From positions 38,068,001 through 38,132,000 of the forward strand of contig NC_043013.1 of assembly GCF_006345805.1 (NCBI RefSeq): a DNA stretch of 64,000 nucleotides, read 5' to 3'. Below the pieces are notes generated by a model, which made no database searches, had not been told where the DNA came from, and worked only from the letters and a program-made list of their open reading frames with translations. Below are positions 51,230-64,000 of this stretch, in pieces; positions within the stretch are counted from its first letter, which is position 1, and each line of letters starts with the position of its first letter. Made by a program: the position numbers and the translations under genes. Origin of the DNA: Octopus sinensis (taxonomy: Eukaryota).

Positions 51230-51839
51230 TATATATATGGAGAGAGAGAGGAGAGAGAGAGAGAGATACACAGACACATAAGTACAAGTATATATGTGTG
51301 TGTGTCTGTGTACAAATAATTGAACTGAAACAGGATTTACCTCATAAGTAAGCGTGCACTCAGATTTAGGTGCATGCAAACTTATGGCAAAAAAGATTAA
51401 GTTATTAAAAGAAAAGTCGTCAGATTTTGTTGTCATTTATTTTGTAATTGACAACACCTAGCTTGCTTTTCTATAAAACATTTGTAATTGAGTTATATCA
51501 CCTGCAAATGAGAATCGTTTCAGCTGAGCGAAATCATTGTATGCATCAGGTTAATCTCAATTATATATCCCAATTTACCTACTGTCTGTCTATCTGTCAG
51601 TCAGTCTGTCTGTCTGTCTGTCTGTCTGTCTTTGTAGAATACGTTGAATTTATGTATGTATGTATGTATGTATGTATGTATGTATGTATGTATGTATGTA
51701 TGTATGTATGTATGTATGTATATATGTATCGATGAATGGATGACTTATGTATCTATCTATCTATGTATATAAGTATGTAGGTATGAATATATGTATGTAT
51801 ATATGTATCTGTCTATCTCTTTATATATCTATCTATCTA

Positions 51840-52550
51840 TGTCTTTATTCAGTTTTATTTGGAGATTTCTTGCCAATAGAAAGAGAGAAAGAGAGAGCTG
51901 GTTTCTAACCTAGATCCAAGGCTCCTTCATTAGAACTTTAACATCAACAGAGTATTTTTGTATGGATGTATGTATGTATACGTGCATATTTGTATGTTTT
52001 TTTTAATGATGTCTTCTCATGCATATACTTGCATATCTAGACATGCTCATATATACTTAAATGATACGTTTCTGAAAAGTTTTACAGATTTTTACAGTTC
52101 TAGTGATGAATTGGGTCTGTAGTCTTCAAATCAACTTTCTCCTTTCTGATTTTGAGAAACCTAATTTCTCAAGATTGGTACTTAGGTAGTGCGTTAAATA
52201 TCCCAGTGCCCCAATAATTGCAAGAATAAACCTGGCCTTATAATCTGGATGCAGTAACTGTAGATTTCTCACTAGTTCAGCGTTGGCATTCTCTTTTCAC
52301 TAGTCTTCAGCTTTATGTTAGCATCCGCTGGGCAGCTAACTTCCACAACTGTACACAGTTTATCTTCTTTATCCGAAATCATTATATCAGATCTGTGTTA
52401 ACATTTTATTTAGGTCTTCACTGGGACATTCCACCAGTACTCCTTTTTATTATGGGTGGCTATGGTTTCTACCATACTGTAGATTCTTATTTCTCTGTCC
52501 TCAAAGTTATCCTTCCGACGAATTTCATTATATGTCCTAGCCACATCATG
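51840..52550 (-). mobile_element. REL-endonuclease LINE 3' end (R4/Dong/NeSL-like)
   Basis: YYLPMRHDVA..EYWWNVPVK..SDIMISDK..VEVSCPAD..IIGALG..TVKICKTF: PD-(D/E)xK-type domain; ends in an (AGAT)n-like tract. Confidence 0.8.
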
Positions 52551-52599
52551 TCTCATCGGTAGATAATACCGTAATGACATTTTCGGGCAACTGTTGTAT

Positions 52600-53070
52600 G
52601 GAGCTCACATTGGCGAAGAAGCAAGAAGGCTCCATCACAAGAATTTCATATTTCACCAGAACAATGCTCCTATTCATAAAACAAAAGCAACTTTGGATTT
52701 CCTCCATGCAACTAGGGTTGAAAGTCATGCTATGGCCAGCAAGAAGTCTTGACCGTAATCCTACAGTGAACACCAGGGGATATCTCATTAGTGTTGTGTA
52801 CAGCGAAGGCAAGCAATATTCTTCTTTTGATGAACTTGAATAGGCCAGAAAGAAGTCTTGGAAGGGGCTTCCAATTGATCTGCTGCAGAAGTTGATTGGA
52901 GGCATGAAATGGCGTTTCTTTCAAGTATTTCTGAAAGGTGGTGGTCAAACGTACAATTGTTGATGTATTGCATGATAATATCATTGAAATATATCATAGT
53001 TTCCCTGTTTTGCATCATTTTTGCATCCTTATTCAACCTAGTGTTATAGTTTTAAACAAGGGTTTTCTAA
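52600..53070 (+). mobile_element. Decayed Tc1 transposase C-terminal fragment
   Basis: FIFHQNNAPIHK..VMLWPARSLDRNP..VYSEGKQYSSFDEL..KGGGQTYN. Confidence 0.7.
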
Positions 53071-53164
53071 GTGAATATTTTTTTGAATTATTATCGAATT
53101 TATTTTTGGATTTCAATAAATTTGGATATTGCAATGCCTCCTTCTATTCCACTTCCTATCTAGA

Positions 53165-53915
53165 GGTGAGTTTCATGAAGTTGGGTAGTATAGCCCACCA
53201 GAAAAACAAAGCAAAACAAATAACAGACGATGCTTTGGTTTTATAGATTTGAATAATAGTTTATACACGATAGGCTTCTTTCAGTTTCCGTCTTACAAAT
53301 CCACTCACAAGGATTTTGTCGGCCCTAGGCTATAGTAGAAGACACTTGTTCAAGGTGACACGCAGTGGAACTGAACCTGGAACCATGAATCATGTGGTTG
53401 GGAACCAATCTTATTTATTATTTATTTATTTATTTATTCATTTATTTTTTCCCGCCCTTCTTTCAGCTCCATGGCTCTCTCCAAATACCAAGAATGTTAC
53501 GGTCTACACCAGTTCAATTAACGCCTACACCTTCGTTATCCTCATAATGGTGACTTTCATGAAGCTGGGTAGTATAGCCCACCAGAAAAAAAAAACAGAT
53601 GGTGCTTTGGTTTTATAGTTTTGAAGAATAGTTTATACACTACAAGCTTCTTTCAGTTTCCGTCTTATAAATCCACTCACAAGGATTTGGTCGGCCCTAG
53701 GCTATAGTAGAAGACACTTGTTCAAGGTGACACGCAGTGGGACTGAACCTGGAACAATGTTATTGGGAAGCAAACTTATTTATTTATTTATTTATCTATT
53801 TATTCATTTATTTTTTCCCGCCCTTCTTTCGGCTCCATGGCTCTCTTCAAATACCAAGAATTTTACGGTCTACACCAGTTCAATTAGCGCCTACACCTTC
53901 GTTACCCTCATAATG
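53165..53915. repeat. Tandem duplication of about 385 bp, each unit holding a family A SINE head
   Basis: TTTCATGAAG(T/C)TGGGTAGTATAGCCCACCAG recurs at about 53170 and 53555; downstream blocks are near-identical. Confidence 0.85.
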
Positions 53916-54332
53916 ACCTGACCCCAAAAAAACACAACTTGATTAAAGGATATCTAATCTTCCTATTGTCGCTAGCCTCATTCATTCACTCATGCATTTT
54001 TCGTTCACCTCAAAGTTTGTACTTAAGCTTTATAAATCAACTAACGTGTATTTCTATGTCGACTATTATGTAGCATCTATGAAAATATCTATACACAAAC
54101 ACACACACATACACACATAAACTGGCACACTCACACACGCTCATAAATATATATATATGCGTACAAACAATAACGAAATTGTCAAAGTGCTAAATAGGTA
54201 AGCAAATACAAGTAAAACACATAGATATAAATGATTTATGTCTGTATGCATTCCTATACGTAAACAGCGATATCTTAAACATCAATGCTCTTGATGGTCT
54301 CTGAGCGTGTATGTGTGTGTGTGTGTGTGTGT

Positions 54333-54370
<38 letters not shown>

Positions 54371-54751
54371 GTGTGTGCGTGTGTGTAGTTTCATTGAATT
54401 TGTACTTCTTGGACGCAAAAAAACGTGGCTTTATGTTTATGGTTATGTATCAATTCCGCATACACACTCGCTTATATGAAACACAATTACACCTTCACAC
54501 ACACGCATTCACATACACACACACATACATAGACACACACACAAAGAGAAACATGCATAAATATATATATGTATGTGTGTGTGTGTGTGTGTCTGCCAGC
54601 ACGTATGCATACCTGTATGTATATAAATGTATATATACATGTGTGTATACATTTATTCATATATATATATATATATATATAAGTATGTATGTATATGTAT
54701 GTCTATATATATAATTATATATAGAAATACATATACATATATACTTAGTTA

Positions 54752-54801
<50 letters not shown>

Positions 54802-55551
54802 ATACATATACATATATAAGTATATATGTATATGTATATATATATATGTATGTATATATGCTTATATGTAAATATAGACATACTCGCGCAGACACACGTA
54901 CACACATATATAAGCATATATATGATATTTGCTCATTCCTATACATATCTATACACATATATTTATATTCCTACATATTACCATACATACATACATACAT
55001 ACAGAGGTACATTCACAGGTATAAGTTTTTTTGTTTTTGTTTTTGTTTTCTGTATATTGTTTATATATTTTTTTTTCGTTAACTCACTCGTCCATTCACC
55101 AAGCAATCATTCTACCTGAAATTGTTGATTAGATTTATGTACAAGATAAATATGTTCAGTAGTTAAAGGTGAGTAATGCTGGGTTACCAGCCACTCACCC
55201 CCCATCCCCTACCTCACACTTTTCCTCCAATTGTTCTCACAGAACCGATCTTGATGTCTCCCGAAGGCGATAAACTATTCGGCGGTTTGAAGCGGGTCAC
55301 ATTCGTTGAATGTACTCGTATTACACTCCAATGGTGTGTTCAAAATTGATTCAGCCCATGGACTATAAACCGCCCATTAAACAACATGCTTTTCAGCGCA
55401 GAACACACGCATTCGCACACACGTGCGCGCACGCACACATTTACACGTACACACACACACAAACAGGCAAGTATGCGCGCACCCGTTTATATAAAATTGT
55501 ATATTTCTCTTTTTCATTCTCTTTATGTACGTTTGTGATGTATGTATGTAT

Positions 55552-55582
<31 letters not shown>

Positions 55583-55584
55583 CA

Positions 55585-55812
55585 CTCTTTTACTTGTTTC
55601 AGTCCTCTGACTGCGGCCAAGCTGGAGAACCGCCTTTGGTCGAACAAATCGACACCTCTCCAGGACTTAGTTTGTAAGCCTAGTACTTCTTCTAACGGGT
55701 TCTTTTGCCGAACCGCTAAGTTACGGGGACGAAAACAGACCAACATCGGTTGTCAGACAGGCACAAATACATGCATAAATATATATATATATATATAAAT
55801 ATATATATATAT

Positions 55813-55844
<32 letters not shown>

Positions 55845-55867
55845 AAAAAATATATATATATATTATA

Positions 55868-55941
<74 letters not shown>

Positions 55942-56080
55942 ACGCACACAAACACATGATGGGCTTCTTTCAGTTTCCGTCTAGCAAATCCACACACAGG
56001 TGCCACGCAGTGGGACAGAACCCTGAACCATGTGGTTGGGAAACAAGCTTCTTTCCTCACAGTCACTCCTGCGCCTATGC
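55585..56080 (-). mobile_element. SINE family A with an expanded internal (AT)n
   Basis: Tail 55585-55760, about 190 bp of (AT)n, head 55960-56080. Confidence 0.75.
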
Positions 56081-56238
56081 ATATATACAAACATACATAC
56101 ATACACACACAAACAAACACATATGATATATATATACATATACATATAGACATGTATATATATTTTTATATGGATGTATATATTTGTGCGCGTGCATATA
56201 TATATATATAATATATATATATGTGTGTGTGTGTGTGT

Positions 56239-56276
<38 letters not shown>

Positions 56277-56919
56277 AATATATATGGACACACACACACC
56301 ACATATATACACCCAAATGAGTGTGTATGTGTGTATCTGCGTGTGAAGCCATTGGTTCATCTCACGCTGGTGTGTACTTGACTGCTAAGGGGGCAGGGTG
56401 GGGCCATTAGCGAAGACAGAATTTGGACGGTTCATATTTATTTCGATAAAACAAGACAGGGGAGTCAGGGGGTGTTTTGGATTTTTTTTCTTTTTAGTGT
56501 ACGTTCTCTCCATTTCAGCAAATTAATTGCCTTCAATAGTTTTTTTTTTTTTTTTTTTTTTGCCATTTCTATATAGCGCCGTCCCTAAATTCTCTTTACA
56601 CGGAAGAATAATTCTTTAAGTACCTCTCCGAAATTACTTTTATATCTTTGCCAGTTACGTGTCATAATCGCTCATTTTTGCAAGATCATTATTGTTGTGT
56701 CCTCTTTCTCCAATTTTTAACACACCAATAATTTATTTACATTTGTCTTCTGTTCTATTTTCTTATTCTAAAATTTGGTTTTACTCGATTTACAAGCTTG
56801 TATATGGTGATTTGGACATAAGCAACAAATGGCAGTCCCGTTCGAGAAACTAGGTTCTATATCGTAATCTTCCGAGAGTAAAATCCACCATCATAAAAGA
56901 AAAAAAAAATGGCGATGAT

Positions 56920-57124
56920 TCTGTGGACACGACCTTCGTAGCAAGGATGAAGTAGTATGTTCAACGCTGGTGTGGTAAGCAACACACGGAAAGCAACCTT
57001 GGTCGGACATTTATTGACCAACTGGTTGTAGGTTCTGGCGTATAGGAGAGTGACCAAGCTACAGCAATACAAGAAACGCAACACTGGAGACAAGTGGCTG
57101 GTGGCGTTCGCCTGTAGACGATGC

Positions 57125-57172
<48 letters not shown>

Positions 57173-57203
57173 GGTGGTGGTGGTGGTACTGGTGGTGCTG
57201 ATG

Positions 57204-57282
<79 letters not shown>

Positions 57283-57320
57283 TGTTGTTGTTGTTGTTGT
57301 TCATGATGATGATGATTACG
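56920..57320 (+). mobile_element. Decayed RTE-like 3' end with an (AGT)n/(GGT)n tail
   Basis: ILWT..RP..IDQL..WRQV..VRL* pattern directly followed by a triplet repeat. Confidence 0.45.
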
Positions 57321-57822
57321 CGTTTTTCATTTTTTGCACGAGATCGGCTTTTTATGTTGCATAATGCATACCATCACATTTGCACAGCTCTCAAACGCTT
57401 CGCATATACTCTGGTGATGCCACCAGTCCTGCATCTACTGATTACAGAAACAACCCATCGTCAGAGAATTGTGTATGGAGAATACCTATTTTATTTGCAA
57501 TGCAACAGGATTTGTTTTAGATTTATTTTCTTTTTACAATCTCTGCTTGATATTTTTCATTTCTGTTGAGCACTCTCGTTAACTTCGGTTTCTCTAAAAG
57601 TTTAATGCCTATATGAAGTGCATATATGCATCCGCGTACACATACATGTATACATAAATAACCCTCGGCTCATTTTTATTTTACATACGTTTGTAGAGTG
57701 CGCTTCTGTATTTTAAGTACGATTATAAAAGTGCAAATTATTACTGTACTTTAGTACGTATACACGCGTGCACAGGTACACACAATGTATACAGACACAC
57801 ACACACACACACACACAGACAG

Positions 57823-57856
<34 letters not shown>

Positions 57857-58202
57857 ACACACACACACAGACAGACACACACACACACACACACACACGG
57901 ACACACACACAAACAGCTTAATTCTCACTACAACTGTGAAATATTTATTCCCTTATTTGTTCATACATACATAAATACATACATACATATATCTACATAC
58001 ATACATATATATATATATACTTACACAGCAATATTTATTTAACTATCTATCTATCTACATATATACATACACACACACATATATATACATATATATATAT
58101 GTACACACACACATATATATATATATCTCCTTAAATATATGCATATGTATAAACTAATAGAGATAGATAGATTGCTAGATAGACAGATAAATAGATAGAT
58201 GA

Positions 58203-58269
<67 letters not shown>

Positions 58270-59325
58270 CATGCATACACCGGTCCTATTTCTTATTATA
58301 CTTGTGCATGTAGTGTGTGCATGTTGGTATGCGTCTATACATTTGTATGCACAATATATAAACCTATACATATACAGACACACAAAAGTTCCAACATAGA
58401 CACGTACGCTAACACACGCAATCGCTTGATGAAAGCATGTCTCTAATAAGTATATGAATATGCGTGCATTATTAGTGAATATAAAATTTTACATGTATAA
58501 CATACACACAGATTTGCTGTGTGATTAAACTTGGTGGACATATCCTAAATTCATGTTACTGCGGCCCGGATATCCGATCTGCGACTTCTTTGGTCTTGCA
58601 TTTCGTCAAGTATCGTAAGATCTCGCATAACTTTATCACCATGATATCTGAGATAAAACCAAATAGCTGACGGCAATATGCGGCAGTTGTTGCAGTTGTT
58701 GTTGCGTTCTTGTTGTTGCGTAGCCCCACGTCATCTTTCATCGAGCAGACCTGTGATCAAAAGCATTTCCGCTCTGACCACGTCGTAAAATATTCCGGAA
58801 TTTTATATTAAGAATGACCTGTAAGATAAAATTTAAATCATTTTAAATGATTAATCATAATCAAATCCGGAATTGTATAATAGGGATTACTTGCTTTTTA
58901 AGACAGTAAGCTGTAATTCCAATCATATTTGACTGTGATTTCAAGAGGGTAGTAAAAAAGAACACTTAGAGATAAGCTTCGCTGTCAGACAAAAGACAGA
59001 TATCAGTTATAAAAATTGTTGGTGTATTTTAGTACGATATCCACCTTCGTTCAATTATTTGCGTCATTGTGCCAATGTTTTGAAACGTATTATTAATTTC
59101 TTAGCAGTTGTCAAACTGGTACAAATATGTAGATTAGGCCACCCACGTTTGATATGAAACGTTACATACGTATACGTGTGTGTACGTGCTTATGTGTGTG
59201 TGCATGCGTGCACGCATATATGTATGCATGCATGTATGGGTATGTATATATATATATAGAGAGAGAGAGGGGGCAGGGAGAGAGAGGGAGAGAGAGAGAT
59301 TTATATATATAGATATATATATATT

Positions 59326-59510
59326 TAGGGGAGAATTCACAAAAAAAAACAAAAGACGAAGACTGGTGGTGTAGACAACAAACAGATGTATTATTAGTTT
59401 AACGCTCGTGAAGTGAAAAACTCTTTAACGTTTCGAGCCTGCGCTCATCCACAGAAAGGAACACAGAAAGAAACAAGGGGAGAAAATAAAGAATGTGTAG
59501 TGTCTAGCGA
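59326..59510 (-). mobile_element. Penelope-like end fragment with a hammerhead-like motif at 59422-59459
   Basis: Homologous to about 34060-34170; minus: CCTTT-CTGTGGA-T-GAG CGCAGG CTC-GAAAC GTT-AAAGA. Confidence 0.55.
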
Positions 59511-59598
59511 TATATTTATATATATATGTATATATACATACATACATACATACAAATATATATGTATGTGTATATATATATATACATATATATATATA

Positions 59599-59629
<31 letters not shown>

Positions 59630-59816
59630 ATATGCATATATATATATAAATATATATATGGTTATTGACATAGAGATATGTCCGTATAACATACACACGC
59701 ACACGTTCGCATATATCAGTATATATAAATATATATGCACAATGATGCATATACATTTGTATAAATCGATAGTTATTTATAAGTAGGCATATATTTAAGC
59801 CTTGACTAACAGCGAA

Positions 59817-59873
59817 ACCTACTGATGAGAACTAAGGGAAATATCTCAAAGTTCGAAATCACGTGATATAAGT
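59817..59873 (+). ncRNA. Type I hammerhead ribozyme motif, canonical core
   Basis: ACCTA-CTGATGA-GAACT(16 nt)AGTTC-GAAA TCACGTGA TA-TAAGT; palindromic stem III ATCACGTGAT; AUA triplet. Confidence 0.8.
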
Positions 59874-60139
59874 ATATTTGTGATCCTCATTTGCGACTTT
59901 CAGCCGCAATGCTGAGTTGAATTTTGATCGTCCTTCGATTTTCGTCTGCCTGTTGTATTTTCGGTGTAATGGTGGCTATTTTGAGCATTTTTCGACCCTT
60001 ATTTCTAACAAGGCTGATGCTTTGTGTACCCTCAATTACAATTAATAATTAATTATATATTTATAAATTTGCCTTCTGGCTTTAATGCCTACCGGCCACT
60101 TATATTATTTTTATCATTATTTATTAGTAACAATAATAA

Positions 60140-61105
60140 TATCGCTGATTGGTCAGCAGAGGTGACCAAGTCACTGCTCCTTAGTTCTTCCTGGCCTGGC
60201 TTCCAGCTTAACTCTTCTCACTCCAAAGCCAACAAGCGGCCCTTTCAGCTGCCTCTCCCAAACTGCATACAGCCACCCTTCGCTCTTTACTTCTCATCCC
60301 AATTGTTGTACGCATCCCCTATGGCGATTGAGCAGGGAATCCCCTACAGCCAAACTTGACTGGGAAAAGCCATACCAACCATCCCTTCTCCTTGCAATAC
60401 TGCAGAAGGCTCTCATATCTGGCACACTTCCCTTCATAGAGTTCATCACACCCCTCTTCCCACGGGACTGTGAGTTCAATTACGATAATTTTCTTGACCC
60501 TTTCAGACCAGAAGACCACATGGGGAAACTGCAATCTCTCTCCTAAGTCCACTTTCATATCCCACGGTTGAGATCCATGCAGCAAGCTATGTATTGATTT
60601 TGCTGACTTTACTGACATCTCTGTCCCTCTTTTACGAATTTAACTGCTGCTGTTGCTGCTGCCTTCCCCTGGTGATGATGTTTCTTGCGCCTTTCCTGCT
60701 CCAGGGTGTGAGCAAGTGTTGCAAGCACCCTATTATGGCGCCATTTATATCTGCTGTGAGAAAGTGCTATTCTGCACCCTGCCAAGATGTGTGCCAGAGT
60801 GCACCTTTCTCTACTAAGTCAACACAGCTGGTCTTCCCGCAAAGACCATGTGTGCAAGTTTTTTGGCGTCTGTAGTGTGTCGTACACCACCCGCAGTAGG
60901 AAGGAGATGCGAAAAAGCTCCAGCCTCCACTTCCACATGTCAGTCCATCGTGAGCTTCCTCTTAGGGAAATCCCATTTAGTCAATGCACCTTGAGTAATC
61001 AACTCCACAGCTCTTAATTTTCTTCTTTCTTCCTCCTGGTACCGCATCTCTTCTTGGGTCATAGCCCGCCTCTCCCTGGTGTCTGCTTTCTTCTATTGCT
61101 GAAAA
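60140..61105 (-). mobile_element. HERO-like REL LINE 3' part (CCHC-type finger and endonuclease)
   Basis: RISFLLRVVYDTL..TLAHILAGC..YKWRHNRVL; VIELTVPWEE..KCARYESL..GW..PVKFGCRGF. Confidence 0.82.
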
Positions 61106-61517
61106 TACATATACACATATATGTAGGGAGTGTATGTGTGTATGTATGGTTTACCCATATAACTATTTTAGAGCCATATACATGTACATTATGTATTTAA
61201 TATTCTGTGTAAATCGACTTGCCTAAAATGCTTGGCATTACATTTTCGTATCTACTGGATCAAGTTCAAATTCTTTGAGCACTTCGAAGTGTATTCTATA
61301 TAGAGATCACCTAACTCCAACCTACAAACAATGTATATACTCGTACACGAATATGTGCATGCACACACACTCACACACACTAACACACACATATATTTAT
61401 ATATATATACAAAGCTGACGGTCGAGAATTATAATCAAGTATAATATAATATACATATATGTGTGTGTGTGTGTATGTGTGTGTGTGTGTGCGTGTGTAT
61501 ATGTGTGTGTGCGCTTG

Positions 61518-61557
<40 letters not shown>

Positions 61558-62011
61558 CCTGCTCGCTTAGCCAGCAGGGTGGCGTCATTTGAAGGCTAAA
61601 ACAATGCGAAGCACATTGTGATCAGTGATGTGTAGCACCATCTGATAGCCTGGTCGGTCACGTGATCACCTGATCACTTTATGTTACACTTGATATCCAT
61701 ATATAGTTTTATTTATAGGTATGTTGTGTTAACACGCTACAGTTTTTAATTCCCGACCGTCAACTTTCTGCTTCATATAACACATTTCTTTACGCATATT
61801 TATTGTTTATATATCTTATTCATAAAAAGATATATATTCTTCTCAACTTCAGTGGTTGAGAGGTGAGGTAGTCTATTTGTGAAGAGTTTTAGTTAAGGCG
61901 AAACTAATCGATTGAATTTCATTTTTTTTTTCGCTAAAACGCCTGTAATATATCAAAGTGTTTTGTTCACAAACATCAAAAATGTTCATTAGATATATTG
62001 TATGAACAATG

Positions 62012-62066
<55 letters not shown>

Positions 62067-62093
62067 GGAGAGAGAGAGAGAGAGAGAGATAGG

Positions 62094-62191
<98 letters not shown>

Positions 62192-62242
62192 CATGGAAAA
62201 AAAGTCAAGATAGAAAATGCTAAAATAATTTTATTAGAAACA

Positions 62243-62284
62243 TTTCAATACCGGTTTCAGTCATTGAGACTTTTTCAACTGTAA
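62243..62284 (-). ncRNA. Minimal type I hammerhead motif with a U3-A8 core
   Basis: Minus: CAG-TTGAAAA-AGTC TCAAT GACT-GAAAC CG GTA-TTG; palindromic stem III ACCGGT. Confidence 0.6.
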
Positions 62285-62519
62285 GTATGGAAGACAATTA
62301 AATTTAGAAATATTAAGAAAAATTAAAAGAAAAGTTTATATATATTCTAACCCACGCTAACCTTGGTCATTTTACATTGTTCAACATCGTTAGTTGAAGA
62401 ATGAGGTTAGTGACCAATGGCAACAATTTATGCGAAATTCGTCAGATGTTTCTAACTTTCAATTATTGAATTTTCTGTTGTTTTATTTTCGGTTTACAGT
62501 GGCTTTCAGATTTTGGCAA

Positions 62520-63510
62520 ATGCCGGCAGTCTCGGTGAAGGTGGTAAATCAATTACATGAACCCCAGTAACTTATTTTATCGATCTCGAAAAGATGAAAG
62601 GCTAAGCTGACCTCGGCAGAAATTGAACTCTGAATGTATAAACGGACGAAACGCTACCAAGCATTTTTCCCGGCGGCTAATGATTCTGCCAGTTCACCGC
62701 CCTACATAGTGGCAATAAATAATGGCTCAAGGCCAGCTATTTCCGAGGGAGGGATAAGTCAACTCCAGTGCCCAGCTGGAGCTTATTTTATCGTCCCCGA
62801 AAGGAGGAAAAGCAAAGTGGACCTCGGTGGAATTTGAACGCAGAGAGTAATGATGGGCGAAATGCTACCACTCATTTTTCCCCGGCCGTTAACGCTTCTC
62901 TCAGTGCGCGTGCCGCTTTACATAGTGGCAATGAATATTCTTTTCTACACTAGGCAGAAGACCCGAAATCTTGTGGGCCAGTCGATTAGATCGACCCAGT
63001 ATGTAACTGGTACTTAATTTATCAACTCCGAAAGGATGAAAGGCAAAGTCGACCTCAGCGGGATTGGAACTCAGAACATAAAGACAGACGAAATACCTAT
63101 TTCTTTACTACCCACAAGCGGCTAAACACAGAGAGGACAAACAAAGACAGAAAGACGGATTAAGTCGATTATATCGACCCCAGTGAGTAACTGGTACTTA
63201 TTTAATCGACCCCGAAAGGATGAAAGGCAAAGTCGACCTCAGCCGAATTTGAACTCAGAACGTAGCGGGAGACGAAATACCTATTTCTTTATTACCCACA
63301 AGGGGCTAAACACAGAGAGGACAAACAAGGACAGACAAAGGGATTAAGTCGATTACATCGACCCCAGTGCGTAACTGGTACCTATTTAATCGACCCCGAA
63401 AGGATGAAAGGCAAAGTCGACCTCGGTGGAATTTGAACTCAGAACGTAGCGGCAGACGAAATACCGCTAAGCGTTTCGCCCAGCGTACTAACGTTTCATA
63501 TTTCTTTACT
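62520..63510 (-). mobile_element. Stack of family C SINEs, including a 184-bp-period multimer (62940-63510)
   Basis: GACGAAATACC recurs at 63087, 63271 and 63455. Confidence 0.85.
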
Positions 63511-64000
63511 ATAGGAGAGAAACGTCCCATCAGTAGATGCTGCGATCGAGAATGTAATCAGCAACTTCCGATCCAAGAGCTGAAAGACAGAATGAAGCAA
63601 TAAATACTCAGAAGCTCATACGTAGTTCTGAGGTAGGAGTTTCTTGAGCAATAGTAGAGCAAATACTTTGATGAAATCAAAAGCACATCATTGCTTTCGC
63701 CTGAATTCTCACAGTAAAAATGTCATAAATATGTGGCGCTGGAAAGTAAAAAAATAGTAAATTTGGCTCTACAGGAATACGATCTATGATTACCAAGAAA
63801 AGAAAATGACCCCAAGCATATCAGTTTATGGCTGGCAGGGAGGGTAATCGAAATTACTCTTTTAAAATATTGAACAGGCTGAGTTTTCATTTGTTGGTCC
63901 TTCTTTAATTTTCTTTTTTATTTTTTTTTCAGGGAGCATGGACAGAATAATGATGTATTAATCTATTTAAACGTAAAGTATAGAAGCCATCTTATCGTGG

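Noticed and set aside
57386-57470. Minus-strand CTGACGA..CGAAGCGTT as a hammerhead
   Set aside because: GAAA is broken and stems II and III are unconvincing; at best a decayed relic.
63513-63603. Short frame after a SINE end (ERNVPSVDAAIENVISNFRSKS*)
   Set aside because: The apparent acceptor is SINE-tail sequence and the peptide is not recognisable.

Overview
A 64-kb, AT-rich, microsatellite-saturated animal window with no confidently identifiable host gene. It is most likely intronic or intergenic DNA from an octopus (inference from the SINE families and repeat landscape). Almost all ORFs in the supplied track are translated microsatellites. The real content is mobile DNA: three abundant tRNA-like SINE families (called A, B and C here); a near full-length but frameshifted Tx1/L1-clade LINE (about 36.88-43.02 kb) sitting inside an (ATCT)n tract; fragments of CR1/L2, RTE and restriction-like-endonuclease (R4/Dong-like, HERO-like) LINEs; a full-length DD37E (TRT-like) Tc1 transposon; other Tc1/mariner relics and MITEs; and Helitron-like elements. 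There is one 100-N gap. The most interesting signals are two. First, at least seven type-I hammerhead ribozyme motifs at six loci, probably Penelope/retrozyme-derived: one sits in a 466-bp tandem-plus-inverted repeat, one has a U3-A8 compensatory core, and two have position-6 core variants. Second, two SINE-LINE 3'-tail partnerships are visible inside the window, including a SINE whose tail matches a Tx1/L1-clade LINE. All structures were folded and aligned by eye; no searches were run, and many element boundaries are approximate.
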